64,000 bases of DNA from the human T2T-CHM13v2.0 reference genome, Homo sapiens. The stretch lies in assembly GCF_009914755.1 (NCBI RefSeq), contig NC_060927.1. One strand, written 5' to 3'. This document shows positions 16,201 through 30,358 of the stretch, piece after piece. The notes under the pieces are model-generated. The model was given only the letters and a program-made list of their open reading frames with translations, was not told the DNA's origin and did not search any database. The number at the start of each line of letters is the position of its first letter. Within the stretch, counting starts at the first letter, position 1. The translations under genes and the position numbers were made by a program.

Positions 16201-17299
16201 TCTCTACTAAGTTGGTAAAAAGAGCAGTGGCTAAACTTAGTTCATAAAGTCTCATGGTCTAATAGCTATAGAGGTGAAGCATTCTATAGAAATGAAAACT
16301 ATGTTGATTTGTTTCTCCCTACTCCATAGCAGGACCATCCTCCCTGCCCAATGACCACCTTAAGACTTATTGAAAAATAATAAAGGCACATCTTGCAGAC
16401 TGCAAACATAAAAGATGAGTGCCAATTCCATGTGCTGAGTTATAATAATTTCTAATGATCAAAGGCAGCACTATCTCTAAACCAAAAATCCTGTTTTCTA
16501 GCCTTTGCAATAGATGAATTGTGATACTATGGACAGTTTCAGTTTCTTCATCAGTAAATGTTGGGATGTGGGAGAAGTTAAATGCTAGCAAGAGTCATTC
16601 GATCTCTAATATTTTCTGATTCCTTCTCCCCCAGCCACAATTAGGCAACTTACATCTTAAGAATTGAGAAAACATAACGTCTATTTTGTTTTCTCTTTAT
16701 TCAAGGAAGCCTACATCACTTTTCTAATTTATAATTTGTCCATGATTACTTATATGTAGAATCTACTTCAAGGGCATTCTGAATTGGAAAAAATGGAATA
16801 TGCTTTGTTCTTGCTTTAGTACATGGAGAGTTAATTTTTTTTTTTTTTTTAGTGATGGTCATCTATCCAATAAATATGTCTTTCTACATTTTTACCCCTT
16901 GTTAATAATAATTATAATTATTTTGATCAGGTGGGTTTTTACAGTTTTATTCCTTCTTTATTATTTTCACTTTATGGTCCAAAAATGCAAGTTTGTTATG
17001 GATGAAAATATGACAAATTTGAACTCGGTTACTGCCACTAATCAGGCTTAGAAAAAAATTAGAACATTTAATTGATTTCCCACAGCTCAGAGTTATGGAT
17101 TTTGAAAACAGAAATGGATTTTTTTTCCTTATGGATAAGAGAAACAATGCGGTGATGACTAATAATTAGCATGGCTTCCATGCTGGGACAGTAACAGGAA
17201 CTGGTAGAGACCATGGCTGAATGAAGACCATACACATTGCCTATAGAAGGCAGCCCCTACTCAGCTTAGCCAAATTTTCTCATGTAGAATTATAGGTCT

Positions 17300-17475
17300 A
17301 GTGGATCTAGATCTTAATATATTTTTGAGAAAAGCTAGAAATGTGGATTTTTATATCAAATGTATCCGTTTTTAATGCTGGTGCAATTTCTAAAAATAAA
17401 CAAAAACTGTATGGGCCAAATAAAATATATACGCGAGCTGAATTAGGCTAGTGGATTACTAGTTTGAGAACTCTT
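17300..17475. mobile_element. hAT-Charlie MER remnant (MER103-like)
   Basis: agaaatgtggatttttatatcaaatg...tgggccaaataaaa...ctagtttgagaactct. Confidence 0.55.
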
Positions 17476-20339
17476 ATTTAGAAAGATCTGCCTCTGAGAA
17501 TTAGTGTTTCCTTCTTGACCAGGCAGAATATGGATCTGTGTGTATGTGCTTCTATGTATGTGATTTAGCAATTAACCAGTAAACCTGCCCCCTTCAAAAG
17601 ACGCATATTGATGAAATCATTTGTGACCTCACAGGAATCACAAATGATGTTCCTATGACGCCCTAGATTGTTCTGTTACACAAGGGGTACCAAAGTCCAC
17701 TCTGAGCTTTTCCTCTGGGAACAGATCCCAGATTATTCCAGACTTAAGACATGGAGATATATCTTGCTAGAGGTAGGAAGATGATAAGATCAGTTTCTAT
17801 AGGTAGAGGATAATGTGTCCTAAAATGTAGGTAGAGATAAGTCTGACAGTGGTTTAGACAAAAAGGGCCTCTGCTAATGGTGGAGAGATCAAGGAAGAAA
17901 AGAGCAACGTTAAAGTGAGGCTGTACCCACAGATCATGCTCAAGCAAATTCGAACCGTGAGCGCATTTCTCTTAAACAATGAACACTTAGAATAAAAATT
18001 AAAATTTCCCACAAATTTCTAATTTTAAAATAGTTTCCCAAGATTTCAGTGGTATTGTATATATGCCCATATAATTTTTTGGATTACTATTCCCACAAGT
18101 GTAAGATGAAAGAGGACCTGCCCTCCATTCTATCTACTCCCTCTCTGCAAAGGCCATTTTGAAGATCTCAGTTTTACTGAAAGGGGTCTGCCACACATAA
18201 CTTCCCTGGTGTACCAGCAACAAGTGTTCAGTGGACCATGGCAACACAAAGAATGACGGAGGAGAGAAAATGCCATGCAGAAGTGATAGTCAAGATGAAG
18301 ATGTGGGAGAGGAGCAGGTATAAACCCTTTCTTATCCCAAATATATCAGGAGGAAGTGACCAGAAAAGTGATGCTAACTATGCCCTTAGGGTACAGCCAT
18401 ACAATGAGATAGAAGAGTCTCAGCTGGGACTAGAATAATTTCCTATCCCTTATTTCTCTACTAAAATTTTAAAATTCTAAATATAAAAAACTGATATGAA
18501 AGAAAATTCTAAATGTAAGTACTACTTTTCATGCAATGCAAATTATTTTCCCATTCACTACTCTGAAACTTATAAGCAAAACTAATATGGTTGCAGAGTT
18601 GAATCTTTTCCAAACTAATGGTTTTTTTAGGAGTAAACCTTAGAGTGAAGATGAAAGACATGTAAAGAGACATGATTACCTTTACCACAAAATGAAAAAC
18701 AATAAGGAGTTATTGTGCCTTTCAGTACAGCACTGCCCTTACTATACCCCATGGCATTAACCCCATAGATATTCCTGACTACCCTGGGAATTAGAAGTGT
18801 GTAGATAGTTACTCCATTAACAAACTGCATTAACAAAGAGTGCTTCCCAAGGTCACATGGCTAGATAAGCTAAAACCCAAACTTTCATTCTTATGAATCC
18901 AATTACATAGCTTTGTTAATTGTGCCTATATTTCTGGATTTTACTTTCCCATCTTCAAAACCTGCATTTTAGGATAAAGGTATCAAGGGGAAGATATGAA
19001 TTTATAATTAAACTTTGTACTCTGACTAGGCCAATATCTAAGAATTACCATCAGTGTAAGTATTGGTAGTATGTAGACCAACACAACCTCAGTAATGTTC
19101 TTGGAGTTCTAAGAAGTAAGGGCATGCAGATTTATTTTCTCTGCAGCTTTAATGCTAGAAAACATACATGCATTGTAGTAACTATTTCTCTCTTCATCCT
19201 CCTTACAGCACAAAGTAGAGTAACAGATGGGTTGTCTTAACTAAAGATGTCAGCACTTTATTGACCAGGCTTCTGCTAGATTCTATAATAGCAATATATG
19301 AATTGTGATTTCTCCTTTCAGGGACTAAGAGGGCATGATTATTATTCAGGAAACCTGTTTTGTTTATTTTTTCTTTCTCCCACTTCAAGTGTTATTTCAT
19401 TTTTAAGATACTTGCAGCTTTCTCATTCTATGATGTAGTCCCATATAAGAAATATTTCCTTTCTGAATCATAATTCAATCCTCAGACTATTAGACCATAC
19501 CACCTGCTAGAGGGTGACATGCATCTCATTAAAGATAGCTGCCATTACTAATGATCAAGCACAGTTCAATGAGTACAGTCAAACTTTAAACATAAGCATA
19601 AAGCAAAACACTAAAGATAAATTAGGGCTGTAACGAAACTCAGTTTCAATAAAGCATCTCATGAAATATCTATATTCAGCTTCAGTCTAATACACTAGAA
19701 AATACTTGCTTCTGAGTATTAACTGTGGAAAGCCTACATAACAAATATTCACACTTTAACCTGTCACTCAGCCTGCAAGTAAACCTAAACCTAAATCTTG
19801 AAACATAACCTAAAAACCTTTGATGGAAACTCTACATAAATATAAATTTACAGAATTTATCCTTTTTTGTGAGGCACATTTTATGAATTGGTTATTATCT
19901 GCATTAGCATGGTACAAGAAATATGTTAAATGTTTTAATTATTTGATCCAGATTTCCTGTCTGCTTTCATACTAAATAAAATAACTAAAAGCATTTTCAA
20001 GATAATATTGTTCATAGTTTACAATTGTTTCTCTAAATGTGAGAAAGGGTCTGATTTACAGCATTATGCTCCTGTGTTTTCTTATCTTATTAAATGATGC
20101 AATTTTCTGCCTTTGTCACCAAAACAGCATCTGCTAGTCACAAAACTAGAAACACATCTTTTAATTAAATGCTTATTTTATTTTCCCTAGGGACAATGAA
20201 TTATAGAATTACTTTCTCAAGAGTTACTGTTTCCTTTTCCTTTATCTCAGCCCCCAGTATATATTCAGTGTGTCCTCTGAAGTAACAACCATCCCATCTG
20301 GCTGAGAAGTGATGGACACGGCTCCTTAACCACACTGTA

Positions 20340-20620
20340 CCCTCTGTTCTTGGCACCTCTCTACCAGAAAGATATCAACAAATTGGATGGAATTCAGAGA
20401 ACAGTAAGAAAAATGATTAAAGAGATGGAGGCAGTGACTTATGAGGAAAGATGAAAAGGACTAAATCTATATAGCTTGGCAAAGCAACAACTGAGGTGGC
20501 GTATGAAAACTGTCTACAAGCATTTGAAGAATATAAACACCAAGGGAAGAGAGGGAACTTTTTAGAATGGTCTGGGGAATAAGCAGAGTAAGAGGACAGA
20601 ATTGAAGAAAGGAGAGAGAT
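20340..20620 (+). mobile_element. Ancient CR1/L3-family LINE, ORF2 C-terminal remnant
   Basis: Frame from 20347 translates FLAPLYQKDINKLDGIQRTVRKMIKEMEAVTYEER*KGLNLYSLAKQQLRWRMKTVYKHLK, matching the CR1 motif [60 protein letters not shown]. Confidence 0.85.
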
Positions 20621-21566
20621 ATGCTAAGTTGGGGGTGGGGGCGTTTTCTCATCAATTGTAAATTTTGATAAATAACAAAATTAAGTCTGGAGAGAAAGAG
20701 TTGCATCTCATGCTTTTAGGTTACAATCAGTGTTGACCTGCACTGAGAAAATGGTAAGTGAGAGAATAAATAGTATCTGTTTGTATGTAGACATATAATA
20801 TTTGAGCTGTCTTTTTCAGCTTACCAAGTGCTTCTACATGCATTACACCATCAAATTTTCAAATTGACTGTATGTCATTATGAGTTCATTTTAAATAAGA
20901 AAAAGCTAAAGATTACTTCTAAAACACACATAAATATATCTCTAACCCTGAGTTCATAATCCCTTTCTTCTTATTCTAGATTTTAAAATTTTAATACAAT
21001 GTAGACTATAATCACTCACAATATGGATAATGAATTTAAGGCTATGTTTTAATTAGCAGTCCACCTCACTGTACCCATTGTCTTGTTCTTTCCTGGAGCA
21101 GATTAGACACAAACTGTAATCAGGGCAAAATTCTATAGATGACCCAGTGAGAAAAACAATTCCTTCTTAAATTCTCTGGTTAAGCACTTTTTCTTGGGTG
21201 CTGTATTAACATCATGCTGACACTCCCTAACTGTTAACAGCAGCCCTAAGGTCATTCACTAATGCAAGACGTTGAGACCCACTTAATATAATATACCATC
21301 CCAAGCAAGGATATTTACCATATAACCTGAATCAAAGTCTTAAGATATGGAGCTCAAGTCTGCTAAGAGATGTCACTTGTGTTTTGTTGCCTTCAACCAC
21401 CTATCATTATGCTAAGTATTGAGTAGAGATCTACATGGATAATAAACCAGGTACGAACACTGTTGTTTCTAACTAGAGTTTTAAGCCTAAATCTGTAGAA
21501 GGTTTCTAATCATGATGAACTGTCCTGGAACACTTATGAGCTGTAAAGACACCTTTTGCATATCTA

Positions 21567-21926
<360 letters not shown>

Positions 21927-22337
21927 TCATACAGTGACTTCCTATTATCCTTCTCAAAGTTATTGCTGCAGAGGAAAGAAGCATACATCTTTTACCCACC
22001 AGGAAACCCCCAAAGCATCTATTACCATAATAGCCATGGGAAACAGGTAAAAAAAAAATCAATTTAAAGCAAATAAGCCAATGAGAACAAAAGATCTCCC
22101 CCACATCAAAAGAGTCTTCTGTGTGGAATCAAGAGCTTTTAGAAATTTTACCTTTCACCATGGAATTGTGGACTTTTGCACCAAATGTGTATTCTTAATC
22201 TAGAAAACACAGCAGGAGATGGTTTGGCATGATGATCTTTCTGAAATTTTATCATTAAAACAGTACCATCTACTTAGAGCTAGTCTGCATCTTAGATTTT
22301 AGATATCTGCAAGTTTTTGAGCATATAAGTTCTTGAG

Positions 22338-22499
22338 CAGTACTTCTCAAACATTAATGTGTATATAAATCACTGGGGATCTTGTTAAAGTACAGTTTAA
22401 TATACTAAACCTGAGGTAGAGCCTGAGAATCTGAACTTCTAAAACATCTCCAGATGATGTTGATGAAGCTGATCCATGGACTACATTTCAAATAGCAAG
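22338..22499. mobile_element. MER5B-like hAT-Charlie remnant
   Basis: cagtacttctcaaacattaatgtgtatataaatcactggggatcttgttaaa...ccatggactacatttcaaatagcaag. Confidence 0.8.
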
Positions 22500-22569
22500 A
22501 CCTGTAGGGTATTTTTATTCCAACTGTATGACAGAGCAGTGAAAAATGGCTACACACTAGCCACATATC

Positions 22570-23685
22570 ATTTTTTAAAAGATTTAATTTTTAGGTTCAC
22601 AGCAAAATTAAGAGGAAGATACACCGATTTCTCATATAGCCCCTCCCTCCACAAGGGCATAGTTCCCCCCTTATCAATGGGCCCCACTAGAATGGAACAT
22701 CTGTTACAATTGATGAACCTGCATTGACATATAATCACACAAAGTCCATAGTTTGCATTAGGGGTCACTCTTGGTTTTGTGCATTCCATGGGTTTTGAAA
22801 AATAACATATATGACATATCTATACCACTATAGTATTGTACAGAGGATTTTCACTGCCTTATAAATCCTCTGTGTTCTGCATATTCATGCTTCTTCCCAA
22901 ACCCTTGACAACCACTCATCTTTTCACTGTTTCCATAGTTTTGCCTTTTCCAGAATGTTAATAGTTAGAATGATACAGCATATAGCTTTTTTCAGATTGG
23001 CTTCTTTTACTTAGTAATATGCATTTAAGATTTCTCCATGCATTTTCATGGCTTGATAGCTCATTTCTTTTTAACATTGAATAATATTCCTTTGTATGTA
23101 CCACAGTTGATTTCTCCATTCACCAACTGAACATCTTGGTTACTTCTAAGTTTTGGCAATTATGAATGAAGCTGCTATAAACATCTGTAGGCTGGTTTTT
23201 GTGTGGATATGCTTATTATTCCTTTGGGTACATAGCAAGGAGCATAATTGATGGATAGTATGTAAGATTACATTTAGTTTTGTAAGAAAATACCAAACTG
23301 TCTTCCAAAATGGCTATATCATTTAGCATTCCCACTAACAGTAAATAAAAGTTCCTATTGCTTCACATCCTTGCCAATATTTGGTATTACCTGTGTTCAG
23401 GATTTTAGGAATTCTAGTATATGTGTAGTGGTATCTCATTGTTATTTTAATGTGTATTTCCCTGATGACATACTGTGTGGAAATTTTCATATGCTTATTT
23501 GCCATATGTATATTTTCTTTGGTAAGGTGTCAGGTAAGTTATTTGGCCCATTTTTAAATCGGGTTTGTTTTCTTATTGTTGAATTTTAGGTGTTCTTTGC
23601 ATAATTTTGATATAGTCATTTATCAGATGTATCTTTTGCAAATATTTTTTTCTCAGTCTGTGCCTTATGTTCTTATTCTCTTGAT
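22570..23685 (-). mobile_element. L1MC (L1MC1-like) 3' fragment
   Basis: tttaggttcacagcaaaattaagaggaag, acaattgatgaacctgcattgaca and gggtcactcttgg, followed by reverse ORF2-end sequence. Confidence 0.88.
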
Positions 23686-24629
23686 CCAGATACTTTCCAG
23701 GGAAAATTTACATTTGATTTAAATTATCCATTTCATATGGCATTAACAAAATGCATTTAGGTAATAAAGCCGACATATGTATTTATAGTTTTATTTGCAT
23801 TGAGATTTTATAATATTTTACTCCATTTAATTCCAGTTCAATTTTTATAAATGTGTTTCCAAGTTCATGCCCTTACAACAATCCTATTTTGAAAAAAGTG
23901 CCCTGTGGAAGAAAGGCCAGAAGGGGCAATTTGCCATGACTCAAAAATGGCAAAGGCCTTAAATGTAAATCATCAATGCTTTTACAAAGTGGGTTTATAT
24001 AGAGTTTCTATACTTATTTCTGATGAAAGCACTGATTTCTAAAATATAAACTTATATTAACATTTGCTTGTTTTCTCATACAGAAGGCACCTCAAATAAA
24101 GGTGGGGAAAAGAATGAAAGAAATGGCTTTGGCCTGTGCCTGTTTGACCTCTGAGAGATACTTTTTGCAAGAAATTGTTAAGTTTTGGCCCAAAAAGTGG
24201 TCGGTCTTTTATCCTTCCTTGTGGAGGCCAAACTGCAAACCAGGATGAAGAAACCATCAGTGGCAGTTTGGGGAGGTGGAGGAGGGACTATCTAGACTCA
24301 GTGAATCACCAAGGAAACATGAGGCCTATTTCTCTGTGAAGCTGAACTTCAAAAAACAATCTAAGAGATACAAAGGGAAAAGTGTGACTGCTCTGACAGC
24401 AAAAACAAGCAAATATCTCCAGAGGGGATTAATCCTTCTGCTTCAAAGTAACTAAAACAAAGAAAGCTGAGCCAGCTTCACTGGAAACAACACCTGTCCA
24501 TCAGACAAGGATGAGCTAATCAAAAGAAAACACTGCCTATGTGCACGACTCAGCAGCCTGGACAGCTAATACCAAGGAACACGTTTTCACTATAAAGATT
24601 CAGCTTTCAAAATCCAGTTCCCTCTTGTA

Positions 24630-25520
24630 GAGCCACAGGGTTAAAAGGGACCTTAGAGATCATCTACATACAGGCCAAACCCTCAATGAATGCCAGTGTT
24701 CGCCTTATGTTCTTCTTGCCGGACTCTTTTCTGGCCTCTGTTCTGTCAGGATGTTTCCTGTTTTGCAAAACAGCTTTAATCCTTGAGTATATTTAATTGT
24801 TAGAAAACAGTTCCTCAAATTTGACCCCAAATTTAAGTCTAATTTATGAAGAAAGTTTTGCCTTTGGAGACAGGTTTAATTTTACTTCCATGTGGAAAAC
24901 CTTCAAATAAAATGATGACTATTGTGTACTCACGAACTATCTCTTCTTCTCCCAGCTTAATCAGGTCCTATGGTGGTGTACAAATGTTTCTACCACCTTA
25001 TTACCATCTAGTTTTCAATGGCTCTTTGAAAATATATTGGCTAACTCTAAATACAAGACTCCAGATGTAATCTAATCAGTACAGAATACATTTGGATTTT
25101 TACATCCGACCATCTGGAGGCTATATTTCTATTAACTCAAGTATAAGATCTCTTTGCTTTCTGTCATAAATTGTGCCAACGATCAATGCTTGTTTTTACA
25201 CAAACTGCAATTAAGTTCCATTTCCCCCAACCTGTCTTGTGCAATGGATGTTTTAATCTAAGCATGAGACTTCACATTTATTCCCACTGATTTTCAGCTT
25301 GTTACCTTTAGCTCACTTTTTAATCTGACAGTCTTGAATTTTTATTTTGTTATTCAGAGTATCCGATATCCCTCACAAATTAGACTCTAGAAAATTTGAT
25401 AAGCAGGCCCTGTACTTTGTTATTCAAGTCACCGCTAAAAATACCAAATAGAACAGGGCCCAAAACAGAAATACATGGCTTGAAAGAGACTTTCAGTATA
25501 TGCCCAAGCTCAATATAGAT
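24630..25520 (-). mobile_element. L3/CR1 LINE fragment
   Basis: aagggaccttagagatcatcta end motif; actccagatgtaatctaatcagtacagaata; cttgtgcaatggatgttttaatctaagcatgagacttcacatttattcc. Confidence 0.7.
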
Positions 25521-26599
25521 TTGTTTAAATGATCCATCTTCTCTTTTTTTCATTCTTCCATTTACAGACTTTATGCAAGGCTTTTATATTTGGGAGAACA
25601 TACCAGACCTACAAAAACCCTTGCTTTGACTATTGGTTTCTTATCTCTCCTTCCAGCTTTATCCTTCCTAGTGATAAGATAACACTCAAAACTCAAGATA
25701 ATGCTCAAACAAGTTAAAACTCAAGACTAAGTGGGACTTGCTCTAAACCCCTAAGTATTAAGGATGACACTGTACTGCTGCTTAGCACATAGAAGATTCC
25801 GCTGGACATGCAAGGTCAGATTAGAGTCAAGTGACCCACACTTTGAGAATTTAAACAATAAGTCAAGACTAGCTATTGCAGAGAGAAATACTCTGTATGA
25901 ATAAATTTACAGCTAAGGTGTGTTCCTTAGCTAAAGTAAAAATAAAATAAAAAAATTTAGAGAGTTGGTAACTTTACTTCAAGGGCCATTGTGATATCAC
26001 AGTAAGTCAGCAGTTTAGTCTTTCAGTCTGCCCACAGAGTTAGATTTTGTTGAAGGCAAAATGCTCAGCATGGTAACTAATCAGCACACTCTCTCCAAAC
26101 ATCCCCTGCCTTTATTTTCAGTTGCTTGTTACTTCAATTTACACCGATTTATCCTCCCTCACAACTCAACCCACAACTTTCTCATTGCCTGACCTGAGGC
26201 ATGGATAGCAATTTTCAGTGTAATCAGCCAGAGGATGTAATCAGTGCAATTAACAGAAGGATTGGGAATACTACATGAAGCCTAAATTCAAATACCACTA
26301 AAATTACTGTACTGTATCTGTAAATACTCACACTAAACAAATATTTCTTGGGATAAGTTTCTGGCAGTAGGCTAATAATTTCAATGTAAAACTTCTGAAG
26401 GAGTTCAGGTCCCATAACCACCGCCAATTCACTGCTTTAGTATACTTTATTGAGCACCTTCAGTATGCCTATTCTTAGGATGAAACAAAAGTGAAATAGG
26501 ATGTGATACCTTTCCTTGAGGAAGTTTGCTGTGTTGAAGAAATAAGTCTTAAAGTCATAAGAAGATTCCCAAAACAGTAAGAAAGAGTGCCAGACTAAA

Positions 26600-27900
26600 A
26601 CTGCAAATAAAAAGAATATTTGAATGGGAAGAGGATAAGCTCAGTGTTATGTTTGGCTCTGCTAGTCATCTGTTTTGACTTCCACAGGTCATAATCACCC
26701 ACAGATCCCTTCCTCTCTTCCCCTCCATTGTGCTTGCTTCACCATGTCTCCTACTCCCTTGCCTTGCCTATGTAGAAGTAGCTAAATAGTGCTGGGGGCA
26801 GGAGGAAGTGTACAGAAAAACATATAATCAGTATGACTGGTATCACTTCAATTCACAGCCATAAGCTCATTTGGACCCTGATTAATGCCAAAATTCTACT
26901 ATTTTCCTTCAGTAAATTTTCTTTCTCCCTCTCTGAATTTATTATTTATACCACTTCTCCAAACTCACATTCCCACTTTTCTCATCCCTCCAAGTTGATA
27001 CCTGCCTTATACTTTGTTATAAGATTCCCCATTAGAGTGAATTCTTCTTTATTCTCAGTAGCAATTTGGAAAAAACAATTTGCATTTCTGGCCCTCCTAA
27101 TTCAGTGTAGAAACTTGCCTTCTCCCAGAAAAGGCAAAACCTCTCTACCTGTGTACTGGGGAGTTTCATCCTAAAATGATTTCTCAACAACTTTGCTCCT
27201 TTGTTTTTCCTCTCTCTACTGCATGATAAATACTTCTTTCACCACTTGATTATTCACATTCCACGAAAACATTTAAACATATACATATTGAAACATACTT
27301 TGTATATCCCATCTTTTAAGAAAAAGAAAAACAAGCATAAAGCAAACAAAAACTCCACTCATCTACCATCTCCTTCACTATTTTCTTGTTCTCCATCATA
27401 GCTCAGATTCCTCTCCTTTTATTCACTGTTTTTCTCACTTCAATCCGGTTTCCAGCTTTACATTTTACCAAAATGGTTTTTTTACTAATGATTTCCATGT
27501 TGCCTCATTCTATGACAGAAGGCATTCCATCGTACATTGCATTCTTCTTGAAACACTCTCTTTGCTCAACTTCCATAATAATGCATACCCCTCTGGTTTC
27601 TTCCCAGCCCACTATCGATTTCTTTTCAGTCTTCCTTGCTGACATTTCCTCCACTAAACTTATACATATTGAAGTATTTCAATATTCCTTCCAAACCCAT
27701 CTTTTCTATCAACTTCTTCCTGTTGATCTAATCCAGACTTATGTCTTTAAATGGCATCTCTGTGCTGAATATTCGCAAATTATGTCTCCAGCCCAGATTT
27801 ATCCTGTGAGCTCTGAACTGTCTATGTATATCTTTAGTTGGATTTTTACCAAGAATTTCTCAGGCTTACTATGATTACACTAGAATTCTTAATTCCTCAC
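26600..27900 (+). mobile_element. Degraded L2 internal fragment
   Basis: Pyrimidine-rich L2-like blocks (ttcttcttgaaacactctctt, tttaaatggcatctctgtgctgaatattcgcaaattatgtctccagcccaga). Confidence 0.6.
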
Positions 27901-29214
27901 TCCTTTCCTGAACATATAAGAGAGGTATAGACAGAAATGGAGAAATTAAGGAATCAGTAGGTAACATGAGACCAAAAATAATGTGCTAGGAGTGGGAGAA
28001 TAAGAAACCTGAAGGATTTCCATTGTGGATGTGGTTAGAACGTGAAATCCTGAGTTTAATGTCATAAACATTTTAAGAGATGACAGAATTGACTCCATTA
28101 TTAATATAAGTACTGATAACTAAAGTTCAGTTGAAACTTATAAGTGTTAAAGAAACCAAAGTATTATAAAATAAGAATGTTGTGCTGGTCAGTCCCTGTG
28201 ACCTGAAATTATGTAGAATGATGACAGGATTTAGGGTGGAACAGTGAAAAAGAAACTAGCTAGAAGGATAGAGAACAAGAATGGCAGAAAATAGATGGAC
28301 GACATGAGACTTGAAGAAATACTTGTTTTGTATTGTTGATGAGAGCAGAAGAACATTGGTCTAGAATAAGCCATGGTGATGAGAGATAGCCTTAATATAT
28401 TGGGAAAATGATCATTTTCCACTTCTTGAAGGGCTTCCTGAGTAAGCATTATCCTTGGGAGTTAATCACCTTTCAATTAAGATAAGCTCCGGAGAGAAGG
28501 AGTTGAGGATGCATGAAAATTAAATTATCATTGGTCAGACATTCCAGAATACATAAAGGAAAAAGTTGAGTGGGATAGTAAGATAGATTTGATGAGAAGA
28601 ATTAGATCATCAGAATAGGAATGAAAATAATAGAGAGAGCAGATGACACGAGGACTTGACCATCAGTGATTAAAGATGACAATGATATGAGAGAAAGTGC
28701 ATTAAATTCACAAAATATTTACACATAGAATTTAAGGTTATTGTGTCTTATGATATGGGTACAAACCTTCCTATGGTTATGAGACTGAGGTGTTCAGAAA
28801 TCAGCAATAAAAATCATGTTGTTAATCTATTTTTTCATTTAACTTTAGAAAACCTTTTAAATAATACACACATGGTGTAGATAGATATGGTAGGTTTCAC
28901 TCTCAGCTTATTTTTCTTAGTGGAAAAGATGTCTCCTGTGGTATCTGTAGGTATTTTATAGAATCATGAGGACTTTAGATGAAAAAGGTATACATAGCAA
29001 GTGTGAAACTTGATCCATTATTTGTGATATGGAATATGATTCAAACTGATTTGTCAAATGTATGCCAATGTTCTGAGATATCATCTCCTATCCCCCAATT
29101 ATTTCTCCTTAAATATTTAGTGTATAAACACAATTGAGCATTTCTGAAAGCAGTTCATTTGGAACATATTTTAATAAAATGCCCTTTAAAAAAAAGTAAA
29201 AAAAATTAGCATTT

Positions 29215-29280
29215 ATTCTTTTTTTTTTTTACTTTTCAACTTTCATTTTAAGTTCTGGGGTACATGTGCAGGATGTGCAG
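29215..29280 (-). mobile_element. Very short older-L1PA 3'-terminal fragment with poly(T)
   Basis: ttttcaactttcattttaagttctggggtacatgtgcaggatgtgcag is the reverse complement of the L1PA8-16-type terminus. Confidence 0.8.
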
Positions 29281-29892
29281 TCCTAGAATGTAATTTTTTA
29301 TGAAGATTAAATTGACTTAGTGCATCTAGGTTTATCTAGTGAGGTTAATTCTCTCAGGAATGGGATGAAAGAGATGAAACATTTTTATACAAAGTAGAGG
29401 TAGTTTCTGAGATTTATTTTAATTCCTGGATGTTATAACTTACTTAAAGTTTTTCACCAATTCACAGTCTTAAACAACCAGACGACATGAGGACTAAATT
29501 CAGTTCGCTAGCATCCAGCCCTCTATCTTCCTGATTCCTAAGCCCTTCTTCCAGTGCCATATAACTCTCAGCTCCTCAAGATCATCAGAAGATCGAGCTG
29601 ATTTTTGGTTGTTAACTACCTCTATAATGATTCGTAACACCATATATTTCTTTTGCTTTCTTCCTGAACATTGTATACATGAAATCATATAGATTTTGAT
29701 ATTACTAGATATTACTGAGTACCTAGTTATAATTTTGCTGAGGAATATCAATTTAGGAATGTGAGAACATTCTAGCCATGTTTCACTAGGGAAAATGCCC
29801 CCCAAAATGCCCCTGTCATTTTTTTTTTTTTTGCCATGTTTACCTTTTTCAACTGAAAACTGATAGCAGTATGCCAGGAAGAGAAATATGTC

Positions 29893-30358
29893 ATATTAGT
29901 CAGGATAGAAGTAAGGCTGCTATAACAAAGAAGTTAAAAAATACAGTGATGTGAAAAACATGAAATAGTATTTCTCTCTCATACAAAAGTCCAGGTTGAT
30001 GATTTGAGTATGGGATGGTGGTTTGGTGGTGCTGGATCTTGTTATTCAGTCATCGTCAACATGTGACTTCCACGTCATAGCCCAAATTGCTCTGTAGTCC
30101 CTACTATATGAATACATTCTAGCTAGGAGGAAAGAGGAGGAAGAAGGAAAGAACACGTCTCTTCCTCTTTAGAAACAACCCAAAATTTGAACACGACTTT
30201 CCTACTCACATTCTATTAGCCAGGAGTTAGTCACTGGGCCATAGCTTTCTGCAAAGAGAAGTTTGAAAATGTATTTTAAAAAACCTGTGCAGCCATGTGC
30301 TATTACTAAGAAAGAAGGGGAGAATAGATATTGAAAAAGAATAAGCAGTTAATGCCAC
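29893..30358 (-). mobile_element. Old MLT1 (I/J/K-like) solo LTR
   Basis: tattagtcaggatag...gctgctataacaaa start, ctcacattctattagccaggagttagtcac, end gcagttaatgccaca. Confidence 0.7.

Noticed and set aside
23935-24560. Scattered AP-1/MARE-like motifs (tgactca, cgactcagca, tgaatca)
   Set aside because: Mostly imperfect 7-mers at a density I cannot distinguish from background without chromatin data.
27386-27874. 162-aa hydrophobic ORF
   Set aside because: Non-ATG (TTG) start, lies in pyrimidine-rich L2-derived DNA, no recognisable domain.
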